Positions 44,934 through 54,660 of a stretch of 64,000 nt of DNA are shown one piece after another. The stretch comes from Candidatus Kerfeldbacteria bacterium (GTDB lineage: Bacteria > Patescibacteriota > Patescibacteriia > UBA9570 > XYC2-FULL-38-9): assembly GCA_043813585.1 (NCBI GenBank), contig JBDRKW010000020.1:65185-129184 (forward strand). Direction: 5' to 3'. The notes beneath the pieces are model-generated. The model worked only from the letters and a program-made list of their open reading frames with translations. It searched no databases and was not told the DNA's origin. How positions within the stretch are numbered: position 1 is the first letter of the stretch; every line of letters begins with the position of its first letter. A program made the translations under genes and the position numbers.

Positions 44934-46760
44934 ATGTCAAACCTATCCAGCAACGAAATCAGGAAGCGATTCATTGATTTTTTTCGTGATAAAGACCACG
45001 AAATTTTACCTTCCGCTTCTGTCATACCCGAAAACGATCCAACGCTTCTTTTTGTGAACAGCGGCATGTACCCGTTGGTACCCTATCTGATGGGCGAATC
45101 GCATCCTCAAGGGAAACGCCTGGCCAATATTCAAAAATGCATCCGTACTATTGATATTGACGAGGTCGGTGACAACCGACACAACACTTTTTTCGAGATG
45201 CTTGGTTGCTGGAGTCTGGGTGACTATTTCCGCGAAGAGATAATTCTTTGGACCTATAAGTTCCTAACTGATGAAAAAATAGGAATTGGCCTGGATGTCT
45301 CTCGATTATACGTAACCTGTTTTGAAGGTGATGATAGATCGCCAAAAGATACAGAATCAGCAGAGCTATGGATGGCTGCAGGCATTCCTCAAGATCGAAT
45401 CCATTTTCTGCCGGCAGAAGAAAATTGGTGGCAGCTACCAGGAAAAACAGGGCCATGCGGTCCAGATTCAGAGATCTATTATGATCTAAGCGGAACACTT
45501 GGAAAGGTGACAGCTGAAGAATTTGTGAAGGCAGGGGACGATGGCGTTGTCGTTGAAATCGGCAATGACGTCTTTATGGAATTTGCTAAAGACGGAAAGG
45601 GCGGCGTGGAGCCGCTTCCAAGGAAGAATATTGACGTCGGTTGGGGGTTGGAACGGCTCGCTATCGCGTCGCAGGGCGTTCAAACGATATATGAAATTGA
45701 CACGTTTAAGCCGCTAATAGACAAAGTAGGTGATATTTCAAAGAAGCAATTTGACGGGGAGTTTACCCGGCCGATGCGTATTATTGCTGACCATATAAAA
45801 GCGGCAACAATGCTGATCGGCGACCAGGTCGGCGCAACCCCGTCCAATGTCGAACAGGGGTATATCGTCCGTCGGCTGATTCGACGCGCCATTCGGGAAG
45901 GAAATACACTCGGCATTAAACGTGAATTTACAGTCTCAATTGCGGAGCTGGTGATTCAATTGTATGGGAAGTACTATCCTGAGCTGGAAACAAACAAGGA
46001 GAAAATAAGGGCAGAACTTCAGAACGAAGAAGCAAAATTTTTAAAAACACTTGAAAAAGGTTTGAGAGAGTTTGAAAAGCTGATCGAGAAGGATCTAAAA
46101 CAGATATCGGGACACGACGCATTTATTTTATTTAGTACATACGGGTTTCCACTGGAGATTACTATGGATTTAGCGGCCGAACGAGGAGCATTAGTCGACA
46201 AGGAAGAGTATCAGCGTGAGTTCGAACAACACCAGGAGTTATCGAGGTCTGGTGCAAAAGCAAAGTTCAAGGGAGGTTTAGCCGAGGATTCGGATAACAC
46301 ACGAAAACTTCACACCGCAACACACCTTCTTCACAAGGTGTTAAAGATGGTTCTCGGTGATGAGGTAGAGCAAAAAGGTTCAAATATTACCCCGGAACGG
46401 CTTCGATTTGATTTCAATTACGCAGAAAAACTTACTGACGAACAAAAAGCAGAAGTAGAGAAGATTGTGAATGATCAAATACAGGCAGATCTGCCCGTTG
46501 TGTGCACAGAAATGACTGTTGACGAGGCAAAAAAAGATGGTGCAATCGGCCTGTTTGAGGAGGAATATGAGAAGAGCGGCGGAAAGGTAAAGGTCTATAC
46601 GATCGGAGAAACAGGCCATATTTTTTCCAAAGAAATTTGTGGAGGACCCCATGTTGAAACAACAGGAGAGTTGAAATCATTCAAAATTACTTCTGAAAAA
46701 TCATCATCTGCAGGTATTCGGCGCATAAAGGCGGTTATTGGATTTCAGGCAAAAGGCTAA
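44934..46760 (+). CDS. alaS: Alanine--tRNA ligase (short form without C-Ala domain)
   Basis: DPTLLFVNSGM, QKCIR, HNTFFEMLG, GPCGPDSEI, HTATHLLH, EICGGPHV, GIRRI. Confidence 0.96.
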   Translation: MSNLSSNEIRKRFIDFFRDKDHEILPSASVIPENDPTLLFVNSGMYPLVPYLMGESHPQGKRLANIQKCIRTIDIDEVGDNRHNTFFEMLGCWSLGDYFREEIILWTYKFLTDEKIGIGLDVSRLYVTCFEGDDRSPKDTESAELWMAAGIPQDRIHFLPAEENWWQLPGKTGPCGPDSEIYYDLSGTLGKVTAEEFVKAGDDGVVVEIGNDVFMEFAKDGKGGVEPLPRKNIDVGWGLERLAIASQGVQTIYEIDTFKPLIDKVGDISKKQFDGEFTRPMRIIADHIKAATMLIGDQVGATPSNVEQGYIVRRLIRRAIREGNTLGIKREFTVSIAELVIQLYGKYYPELETNKEKIRAELQNEEAKFLKTLEKGLREFEKLIEKDLKQISGHDAFILFSTYGFPLEITMDLAAERGALVDKEEYQREFEQHQELSRSGAKAKFKGGLAEDSDNTRKLHTATHLLHKVLKMVLGDEVEQKGSNITPERLRFDFNYAEKLTDEQKAEVEKIVNDQIQADLPVVCTEMTVDEAKKDGAIGLFEEEYEKSGGKVKVYTIGETGHIFSKEICGGPHVETTGELKSFKITSEKSSSAGIRRIKAVIGFQAKG

Positions 46761-46815
46761 TATTAGCAGTATAAGAATGTTATACGCAGTGTTATCCCCA
46801 ATACACAGCATATCC

Positions 46816-46843
46816 TTGACACGGAAATGGCGTGTGTTATAAT
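46816..46843 (+). promoter_or_regulatory. Sigma70 promoter for the infA-rpsM operon
   Basis: TTGACA-16 nt-TATAAT with extended TG. Confidence 0.75.
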
Positions 46844-46975
46844 CGTCGAGCAATTGATCTCTGTAGCAATATCACGAACTCTTCAAGAAAGACGGTGCAA
46901 ATAGAGCATTATTACTTCTCATTTGACCGACAGGACACTGGGAGGTGATCTTTTTTTGCGCCAATTAGCGTGATT

Positions 46976-47236
46976 ATGCCAAAACCACAACATCAAGACC
47001 GAAAACCAAACGAGATCAAAACCACAAAAAAGGGGTTTATTGAAGCAAAGGGTACAGTAGAAGAGATGCTTCCAAACGGCTATTTCAAGGTTATCCTTGA
47101 AAACGAACATGAACTCCTGGCCCATCTTTCCGGCAAAATGCGCATGTACAAGATTCGCGTACTCCCAGGCGATGAAGTCATTGTGGAAATGACGCCGTAT
47201 GACCTGACGAAAGGTCGCATAACAACACGTCTTTAA
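46976..47236 (+). CDS. infA: Translation initiation factor IF-1
   Basis: [35 protein letters not shown]. Confidence 0.96.
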   Translation: MPKPQHQDRKPNEIKTTKKGFIEAKGTVEEMLPNGYFKVILENEHELLAHLSGKMRMYKIRVLPGDEVIVEMTPYDLTKGRITTRL

Positions 47237-47249
47237 TCACACGTTTCCA

Positions 47250-47363
47250 ATGAATGTTTCCGCATCAGTAAAAAAGCGCTGCAAAAAGTGCAAGACGATC
47301 CGTCGCAACGGGCGAGTGCGTGTGATTTGCTCTAATCCAAAACATAAGCAACGACAAGGATAA
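47250..47363 (+). CDS. rpmJ: 50S ribosomal protein L36 (not in ORF track)
   Basis: [37 protein letters not shown]. Confidence 0.96.
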   Translation: MNVSASVKKRCKKCKTIRRNGRVRVICSNPKHKQRQG

Positions 47364-47366
47364 GCT

Positions 47367-47759
47367 ATGGCACGTATTGCTGGAATTACATTACCAAATG
47401 AAAAGCGCGTAGAGATTGCGTTGACATATATTTATGGTATCGGTCTTACTACAGCCAAGAAAATATTAAAACTGACAAAAGTTGATGGAAATACCCGGGT
47501 GAAGGACCTTACTGAAAACCAGGTACGCGTGCTTCGCGATGCAATTGAAAAAGGTTCATTTAAGATCGAAGGAGATCTAAAGCGAGATGTATTATCAAAT
47601 ATCAAACGACTGAAAGAAATTACCGCATATCGGGGTGTTCGCCATATGCGCGGGTTGCCTGTTCGCGGCCAGCGCACTAAGTCGAATACACGTACAGTAC
47701 GCGGCAACGTAAGGAGAACCGCCGGTTCAGGACGCAAAGTATCAGCTCAAAAGACATAA
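47367..47759 (+). CDS. rpsM: 30S ribosomal protein S13
   Basis: MARIAG...LTYIYGIG...GLPVRGQRT. Confidence 0.97.
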   Translation: MARIAGITLPNEKRVEIALTYIYGIGLTTAKKILKLTKVDGNTRVKDLTENQVRVLRDAIEKGSFKIEGDLKRDVLSNIKRLKEITAYRGVRHMRGLPVRGQRTKSNTRTVRGNVRRTAGSGRKVSAQKT

Positions 47760-47762
47760 TCT

Positions 47763-48245
47763 ATGGCAGACGAAGAGAAAAAACCAGAATTGGAAACAAC
47801 AGCCGAAGCTAAGCCGGAGATCACTGATTCTGATACAAAGGAATCACAGGAAGATGATGCGGCTGCTGCTAAGAAGAAAAAGAAATCAAAGAAGCGCACT
47901 GTTGCACGGGGGCGCGCATATATCAAGGCGACCTATAATAATACTATAGTAACGTTCACAGATCAGCACGGTAATACGCTTGTTTCATCTTCAGCAGGCC
48001 GTTGCGGGTTCAAGGGTCCGAAGAAATCGACGCCGTATGCCGCGGGAATTATCGTAAAGGATGCCTCTGAGCGGGTGAAAGATTACGGGCTGCGGACTGT
48101 TGACGTCTATGTACGGGGAATCGGAAGCGGCCGCGACGGAGCTATTCGTGCGCTGAATGCACAGGGTTTTTCAATGCAGAGCATTAAAGATATTACGCCA
48201 ATTCCGCATAACGGCTGTCGTCAGCGGAAACTGCGACGCGTATAA
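47763..48245 (+). CDS. rpsK: 30S ribosomal protein S11 with charged N-terminal extension
   Basis: NNTIVTFTD, KKSTPYAA, DITPIPHNGCR. Confidence 0.97.
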   Translation: MADEEKKPELETTAEAKPEITDSDTKESQEDDAAAAKKKKKSKKRTVARGRAYIKATYNNTIVTFTDQHGNTLVSSSAGRCGFKGPKKSTPYAAGIIVKDASERVKDYGLRTVDVYVRGIGSGRDGAIRALNAQGFSMQSIKDITPIPHNGCRQRKLRRV

Positions 48246-48251
48246 ACGATC

Positions 48252-48863
48252 ATGGGTAGAAATCTCGAACCAAAATGTAAGAAATGCCGGAGGATCGGCG
48301 AAAGCGTCTGCGGATCGGCGAAATGCGCAGTAACTCGCCGCAGTTATATTCCGGGCATGCACGGTCCAAAATACAGGCCGCGTGTATCCGAATTTGGAAT
48401 GCAGCTGCGCGAGAAGCAGAAGGCAAAATATACCTATGGCGTTATGGAACGCCAGTTCCGCGGCTACTACGAAAAAGCAAACAAAAAGGCGGGGAACACC
48501 GGTGACATTCTCATGCAGTTGCTTGAGCTCCGTCTTGACAATGTTATCTATCGGGCCGGCTATGCCTCGACGCGGCGTCAGTCGCGCCAGCTGGTATCTC
48601 ACGGGCATTTTCTCGTCAATGGACGCCGCTGCGACATACCATCCCGCCACATGAAGGTCGGCGATGTGATTGAATTGCGGACAAAAAGCCAGGGCAGTGA
48701 ATATTTCGAGCAGAACAAACTGGAGATGAAAATGCACGAGCCGCCAAAATGGCTTCATGTAGATAAGGCGGCAAATACGGTTAAGGTCCAGGCTCTTCCG
48801 GCAGTTGATGAGGTCGAGCGGAATATCGCGGTGAACCTGATTGTTGAATTTTACTCACGATAA
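48252..48863 (+). CDS. rpsD: 30S ribosomal protein S4 (Zn-binding form)
   Basis: CKKCRR, QLREKQK, LELRLDNVIYR, IVEFYSR. Confidence 0.97.
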   Translation: MGRNLEPKCKKCRRIGESVCGSAKCAVTRRSYIPGMHGPKYRPRVSEFGMQLREKQKAKYTYGVMERQFRGYYEKANKKAGNTGDILMQLLELRLDNVIYRAGYASTRRQSRQLVSHGHFLVNGRRCDIPSRHMKVGDVIELRTKSQGSEYFEQNKLEMKMHEPPKWLHVDKAANTVKVQALPAVDEVERNIAVNLIVEFYSR

Positions 48864-48881
48864 AAAAATTTATATACGATT

Positions 48882-49715
48882 ATGTCCATCCCACTACCAA
48901 ATAAAATTGACGTAGAAGAGAAGGCCGATAATCATGCTGTCATTACGGTTTCTCCGTGCTTTCCAGGATATGGAACAACAGTGGGGAATGCGCTGCGCCG
49001 CGTTTTGCTTTCTTCATTGCCGGGCGCTGCGATTACCGCTGTAAAGATTAAAGGGGTTGACCATGAATTTTCCACACTTGAAAATGTCAAAGAGGACATC
49101 GTCGAGGTCATCCTAAATTTAAAAACAATACGCGTAAAATCAGAATCAGACGACCCGATTGAGCTGGAACTTTCTGTTAAAGGCGAAAAGGTGGTCACCG
49201 CGGCCGACTTCAAAGATAATGCCCAGGTCGAAATCATGACCAAGGATATTGAAATCGCAACACTCACAGACAAGGCTGCAGAGCTCAACATGAAAGTTAT
49301 TGTTGAAAAAGGCAGTGGATATGTGCCTGTTGAAGAGCGGAATACGGAAAATCTGGAAGTTGGCTATATCGCGATCGATTCTGTCTATACCCCGATCCGC
49401 AACGTAAATTATAATACTGAACATGTCCGCGTCGGACAGATGACAAACTACGATAAACTGTTGCTGGATGTTGTTACTGACGGAACGATCAATCCGGAAG
49501 AGGCATTCCGCACGGCAGCAAAAATCCTCGTTGAGCAGTTCCAGAGTCTGACAGGCGAAACTGGCGTTGAAGAAGAGCCGGTTATGGAAGCTATACAGGC
49601 ATCTCTGCTCGGGGAGGACGTATCTTCCGGAGACGACGAAGAGAAGGAAGAAGAAACGGAGACAGTAGATGAGGAAACAGAGGAAGATAAAGAGGAAGAG
49701 AAAAAAGAAGATTAA
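48882..49715 (+). CDS. rpoA: RNA polymerase alpha subunit, lacking alpha-CTD
   Basis: GYGTTVGNALRRVLLSSLPGAA, HEFST, RVGQMTNYDKL; ends in an acidic tail. Confidence 0.96.
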   Translation: MSIPLPNKIDVEEKADNHAVITVSPCFPGYGTTVGNALRRVLLSSLPGAAITAVKIKGVDHEFSTLENVKEDIVEVILNLKTIRVKSESDDPIELELSVKGEKVVTAADFKDNAQVEIMTKDIEIATLTDKAAELNMKVIVEKGSGYVPVEERNTENLEVGYIAIDSVYTPIRNVNYNTEHVRVGQMTNYDKLLLDVVTDGTINPEEAFRTAAKILVEQFQSLTGETGVEEEPVMEAIQASLLGEDVSSGDDEEKEEETETVDEETEEDKEEEKKED

Positions 49716-49737
49716 TAAGGTCCTGAAGATCTAGACT

Positions 49738-50094
49738 ATGCGTCATAAGAAAGAATCAGTAAAACTGGGGAGGCTGGCAGGTCCGCGAAAAGCGGTCATG
49801 CGTTCTCTTGCGATTGCTCTTATAGAAAATGGACGCATCACCACCACTGCAGTCAAGGCGCGGGCGCTCAAGAAGTTTATTGAACCGCTGGTAACAAAAG
49901 GCGGGTCAAAGAGCGTACACACGATACGGGAAATTGAAAAGAAACTGTCGAATAAGAAGGCGGCATTAAAGCTGGTGAATGAAATCGGTCCGAAGTTCAA
50001 ATCAGTCAACGGGGGATATACGCGCATTACGAAGCTGATCGTACGCAAAGGCGACGGTGCGGAGCAGTCTGTTATTGAATGGGTAACGAAGTAG
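49738..50094 (+). CDS. rplQ: 50S ribosomal protein L17
   Basis: MRH, ITTT..KA, GGYTRI.K...RKGDGA. Confidence 0.96.
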   Translation: MRHKKESVKLGRLAGPRKAVMRSLAIALIENGRITTTAVKARALKKFIEPLVTKGGSKSVHTIREIEKKLSNKKAALKLVNEIGPKFKSVNGGYTRITKLIVRKGDGAEQSVIEWVTK

Positions 50095-50096
50095 CT

Positions 50097-50456
50097 ATGG
50101 CAACACCAATCAAACGCAATAATCATGTTATTGACGCGACAGGCAAATCACTCGGCCGGCTTGCATCAGAGGTAGCCATATTGCTGCGCGGAAAAAATAA
50201 GCCATCATTTCAACCGCACGTTGACGGCGGAGATATTGTGCAAATTACAAATATCAAACACGTAAAGGTGACCGGCAATAAACAGGAGCAAAAGAAGTAT
50301 TTCCGCTACACCGGCTATCCCGGCGGGATAAAGAGTTCCACACTGGACGAACTATTGGAATCCAATCCAGAAAAGCTGATGAAGATGGTGGTTCGCGGAA
50401 TGTTGCCGGACAATAAGCTCCGTGACGGAATGCTCAAACGCTTAACGATCAAATAA
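50097..50456 (+). CDS. rplM: 50S ribosomal protein L13
   Basis: IDATGKSLGRLAS, LRGKNKP, TGYPGG, VRGMLP. Confidence 0.96.
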   Translation: MATPIKRNNHVIDATGKSLGRLASEVAILLRGKNKPSFQPHVDGGDIVQITNIKHVKVTGNKQEQKKYFRYTGYPGGIKSSTLDELLESNPEKLMKMVVRGMLPDNKLRDGMLKRLTIK

Positions 50457-50458
50457 CC

Positions 50459-50878
50459 ATGGTTCAAGCTTCAAAACGGAAACGACGAGGATACACCTAT
50501 GCTGTAGGACGGCGAAAAACTTCTACGGCCAGGGTTCGGTTTTATAAAAGTGAAGAACGGGTAGGGGAAATTGAAGTTAACGGCAAGAAGCCGGGTGAAT
50601 ATTTTGCAGCACACGTAGCAACAATTCCAAAGGAAGCAATCGACGCACTATCAGAGCCGGTTGAAGGGTACTTTACAGTGCGAGTTACAGGCGGTGGCAG
50701 TAAATCTCAGGCAGAAGCGGTGCGGCACGGTATTGCACAGATACTCATTTTACTTAATGAAGACTCGAGAGCCGTCCTGCGAAAGAAAGGTTTTGTTACT
50801 CGAGACCCAAGAATGAAGGAGCGGAAAAAGCCTGGCTTGAAGCGCGCTCGTCGGGCGCCGCAATGGTCAAAGCGCTAA
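50459..50878 (+). CDS. rpsI: 30S ribosomal protein S9
   Basis: GRRKTSTARV, TRDPRMKERKKPGLKRARRAPQWSKR. Confidence 0.97.
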   Translation: MVQASKRKRRGYTYAVGRRKTSTARVRFYKSEERVGEIEVNGKKPGEYFAAHVATIPKEAIDALSEPVEGYFTVRVTGGGSKSQAEAVRHGIAQILILLNEDSRAVLRKKGFVTRDPRMKERKKPGLKRARRAPQWSKR

Positions 50879-50890
50879 CGTCTGTCCTCC

Positions 50891-52348
50891 ATGGCTCGCG
50901 CCGGCAGAATCGCGAAAAATACGACCTATCTCACGATTGCGTCGGTTTTTCAAAAGCTCATCTCGTTTGGATATTATGCCTACCTCGCTGATGCGATCGG
51001 AGCCGGCAGTTTAGGGAAATATACCTTTGCACTGACCTTTACGTCAGTGTTTATTATATTCATGGATTTTGGTCTTGGGCCGCTGCTGACCCGCGAGGCC
51101 GCCAAGGACGAAAGCAAGCTACAGGATCATTTTGAACGCATATTCAGCATCAAACTGGTGCTTATCGGCGTTTCATTGGTAGCGCTCTTCGCGTCGATTA
51201 CGATCGCCGAGCCGCTGTTCACAAATATTGACTGGTCCGATGTGACGCTGGTCTATCTTGGCGCGGTTATCATCCTGTTTGATACGCTGACGTTCACGTT
51301 TTTTTCCGTTTTCCGTGCTTTGAAGCAGATGCAATGGGAGGCGATTGGAATCGTCATCTACCAGGCCCTTATTCTAATTGTTGGCTATTTAGTGCTTCGC
51401 GCCGGCATGCCGCTGCCGTATGTTCTGGGTGCGATCCTCACCGGATCGTTATTTCAGGTCATCTACATGTTTATTCTCATTCTGCGCAAGACCGATCTGA
51501 AATTCCGCTTTGTGTGGGACTGGAAAAAAGTAAGGCATATTCTCGCGATGTCCGCCCCGTTTGCAATTGCCGGGGTTATCTTCCGCATCAACGGCTCTGC
51601 CGATACGATGATGCTGAAAGTAATGGTCGGAGACAGCCACGCCGGTTGGTACTCGCTCGCATTCAAGCTGACGTTTGCGCTCACCGTGCTGCCGGGCGCT
51701 TTTGCCACAAGCTATTATCCGGCAGTCAGCGCACTGTATAAAACGGCGAGAGAAAAAGTTCATATTGTTTTCGAGTCTGGTTTATTTTACATGATGATCA
51801 TCAGCTTTCCGATTGTTGCAGGCGTTGCGGTTCTTGGTGACGATATCATTTATGCGGTCTGGGGTTCGAATTGGGAAGCTTCTGTTACGCCGCTATGGAT
51901 CTTTATGATCGGTTTGCCGTTTGTCTTTTTCAATTATCCGATAGGCAATTTTCTCAACGCGGTGAACCGGCAAAAACTAAACACGTTGAATATGTCGATT
52001 GCGCTGGTTGTGAACATCGTACTCAATGTCATCCTCATCCCGTATTACACGTTCAACGGCGCAGCTATAGCTGCAGTCGCATCGGCAATCGTGCTTGTCG
52101 CTCTTGGTTTGCCATGGGTATACAAGATTTCGCCTTTTAATTTTGCATTCCTATTGAAAAAATTCAGCCTGGTCGCAGCCGCTGCCGGACTGATGTCATT
52201 CGTGCTATTCTTTGTTCAGCACAATTATTCCCTGATCGTGCTGATACCAATGGGCGTACTTCTGTATGTCAGCGCGCTTTTGCTCACAAATGGAATAACC
52301 AAAGAGGAGCTGCAGAAATTCAAGTCTTCCTTAATCAAAAGAGGGTAG
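50891..52348 (+). CDS. Wzx-type polysaccharide flippase
   Basis: Multi-TM MOP-superfamily pattern; DFGL..LLTRE, GWYSLA, NIVLNVILIP. Confidence 0.88.
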   Translation: MARAGRIAKNTTYLTIASVFQKLISFGYYAYLADAIGAGSLGKYTFALTFTSVFIIFMDFGLGPLLTREAAKDESKLQDHFERIFSIKLVLIGVSLVALFASITIAEPLFTNIDWSDVTLVYLGAVIILFDTLTFTFFSVFRALKQMQWEAIGIVIYQALILIVGYLVLRAGMPLPYVLGAILTGSLFQVIYMFILILRKTDLKFRFVWDWKKVRHILAMSAPFAIAGVIFRINGSADTMMLKVMVGDSHAGWYSLAFKLTFALTVLPGAFATSYYPAVSALYKTAREKVHIVFESGLFYMMIISFPIVAGVAVLGDDIIYAVWGSNWEASVTPLWIFMIGLPFVFFNYPIGNFLNAVNRQKLNTLNMSIALVVNIVLNVILIPYYTFNGAAIAAVASAIVLVALGLPWVYKISPFNFAFLLKKFSLVAAAAGLMSFVLFFVQHNYSLIVLIPMGVLLYVSALLLTNGITKEELQKFKSSLIKRG

Positions 52349-52349
52349 T

Positions 52350-53456
52350 ATGAAAAAAACGTTACTCATTACGCTTGAATACCCCCCGATGGTTGGCGGC
52401 GTTGCCAATTATTATAAGAATTTAGTAAACAATCTCCCCGCTGAATCAATAGAGGTATTGGATAATGCAGACAATAAATTACTGTCGACCTCGCGGTTGA
52501 TGTGGCCTAAATGGCTAAGAGGATTGCGACATGTTAAACGTATCGTTGAACAAGAGAATATTAAGCATATTCTTGTCGGACAAATACTTCCAATCGGAAC
52601 AATCGCGCTGATCCTGAAGAAACTGTACGCCGTACCGTATACGGTAATGACGCATGCCATGGATGTGACCCAGCCATTCACATCCGGAAGTCCAAAGCGA
52701 AAGCAATGGCTGATACGCGCCATTTTGAAAAATGCACATAGTGTAACGACGGTGAGCTCATTCACGCGCAATAAGTTGCAGCACCTTGGCGTATCCCCGG
52801 CCAGGGTGTATGTCGTCTATCCATGCCCTAATATTGACGGATCAAAATGCCACATTCCTGATAAGGAACTAAATCAGCTCGACGAGAAGTATAATATTCA
52901 TGATAAACGCATAATATTGAGCGTAGGACGCCTTGTTCAGCGAAAAGGAATGGATACAGTGATTAAGGCGTTTGCGCCGCTGAAAGACAAACTGCCAAAT
53001 ACCCATTATGTCATCGCCGGGGACGGGGAGTATAAGAAACAATTGGAACAGCTGGTCCGGGAGAATAAGTTGACCGGCAGAGTGCATTTTGTCGGAAACG
53101 TCAGTAATGAAGAGCTTGCCCGCTGGTATGCGCGGTGCGAAGTGTTCGTCATGCCGTCACGACAGCTTCACAATAATGACGTGGAAGGATTCGGAATGGT
53201 ATTTGTTGAAGCGAATAGTTTTGGCAAGCCTGTCATTGGCGGAAAGAGCGGGGGAGTTTCAGATGCTGTTATTGACGGTAAGACAGGTTTTCTTGTTGAT
53301 CCTGAAGACGCGGGCATGCTGACTGAAGCGCTTGACCGCATCCTTTCAAATGAATCAGAGGCGATACGGCTTGGTTATAACGGAAGCGAACGGGTCAAAG
53401 AAACATTTCAATGGGAAATCCAGGCGCGCCAATTACAAGAACTATTAAACCTGTAG
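52350..53456 (+). CDS. Family 4 glycosyltransferase
   Basis: YPPMVGGV, VGRLVQRKG, EGFGMVFVEA. Confidence 0.92.
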   Translation: MKKTLLITLEYPPMVGGVANYYKNLVNNLPAESIEVLDNADNKLLSTSRLMWPKWLRGLRHVKRIVEQENIKHILVGQILPIGTIALILKKLYAVPYTVMTHAMDVTQPFTSGSPKRKQWLIRAILKNAHSVTTVSSFTRNKLQHLGVSPARVYVVYPCPNIDGSKCHIPDKELNQLDEKYNIHDKRIILSVGRLVQRKGMDTVIKAFAPLKDKLPNTHYVIAGDGEYKKQLEQLVRENKLTGRVHFVGNVSNEELARWYARCEVFVMPSRQLHNNDVEGFGMVFVEANSFGKPVIGGKSGGVSDAVIDGKTGFLVDPEDAGMLTEALDRILSNESEAIRLGYNGSERVKETFQWEIQARQLQELLNL

Positions 53457-53458
53457 CT

Positions 53459-54613
53459 ATGGGAAAAACTCTACTGATGATAAACATGTCGTATGCAAGC
53501 GACTGGGACGAGGGAATTGTTAATCGCAATTTTCATATTCTCCAGTCGTTAAAAAAAGAAGAAGTGTTTGATACCATCGTATCCGTCGATTTCCCTCCCT
53601 ATTCAGTTAAGACAAAACTGAGGGCATTGTTGAAGACCAAAACGTGGAAAAAGAATAAAGAGACGGTGCATCGAGGAGGCGGAATACGCATCGATGCCCA
53701 GGATGGAAATAAAAAGATGCTGGCGGCATATTGCACTTCTCTAAGCTCGCTTCCAAAAGCGTTGAAGAAGGTTGGAATACAAACCGACGATCTTGTGGTC
53801 TGGTCATATGATCCATTCGCCACGTCTATTCGCCGCCTGTTTCCAAATGCGCTGTATGTGTTTGACGCGGTCGATAACTGGACAGAACATCCATCGCATG
53901 TCCGTCGCAAAGCGATGCTTGGACAGGCTTACAAAACCATTCAACGAGATGCGGATATTATTTTCACCGTCTCCGAAGGGCTGGTTGATTTCTTTAACAA
54001 GAGCGAGAAGGCCTTCTTTGTCCCAAACGGGGTGGATGCATTCCATTTTAGTGCCGGTGTCTGCAACACGGCGCTGATTCCTGATACGAAAGGACCAATA
54101 GTCGGGTACCATGGAATTATCCAGGACAGGATCAATTTTTCCGTTATTGATTTTATCTCCGACAAACTCCCTGACCACCAGTTTGTGATCGCCGGCCCTG
54201 TCTGGAAGTCAGTGGAAGATTCAGTAAAGAGGCTTGGCAAAAAGCCGAACGTGAATTTCATCAATCAGATTCCATATGAAGAGCTGCCAAACCTGATCCA
54301 GTGTTTTGATGTTGCGATCATTCCGCATAAAGTCGATGCGCTGACTCAGTCAATGAATCCTCTTAAAATCTACGAATACCTGGCTGCGGGCAAGCCAATT
54401 GTCGCGAGTCCGATTGCAGGGGCAGACCAGTTTCAGGATCTGATTAAATTGGCTGTTTCACCGGAAGAATTTACGGTTAAGATTCAAAAAGCGATTGAGC
54501 TTGATTCACAGGAGCTGATTGATCGGCGCAAGTCCATGGCAAAGATGCATAGCTGGACCCAGCGTATCCATACTATGCTTGAAATTATGGAATCTCGAAC
54601 TAAAAAAAGCTAG
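53459..54613 (+). CDS. GT-B glycosyltransferase (TuaH-like)
   Basis: VPNGVD, GYHG.I, NPLKIYEYLAAGKPIV. Confidence 0.88.
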   Translation: MGKTLLMINMSYASDWDEGIVNRNFHILQSLKKEEVFDTIVSVDFPPYSVKTKLRALLKTKTWKKNKETVHRGGGIRIDAQDGNKKMLAAYCTSLSSLPKALKKVGIQTDDLVVWSYDPFATSIRRLFPNALYVFDAVDNWTEHPSHVRRKAMLGQAYKTIQRDADIIFTVSEGLVDFFNKSEKAFFVPNGVDAFHFSAGVCNTALIPDTKGPIVGYHGIIQDRINFSVIDFISDKLPDHQFVIAGPVWKSVEDSVKRLGKKPNVNFINQIPYEELPNLIQCFDVAIIPHKVDALTQSMNPLKIYEYLAAGKPIVASPIAGADQFQDLIKLAVSPEEFTVKIQKAIELDSQELIDRRKSMAKMHSWTQRIHTMLEIMESRTKKS

Positions 54614-54660
54614 TAAAAAGGGCTTGAAAAACATCCATTGATCTGGTAGATTGTTCTGGT

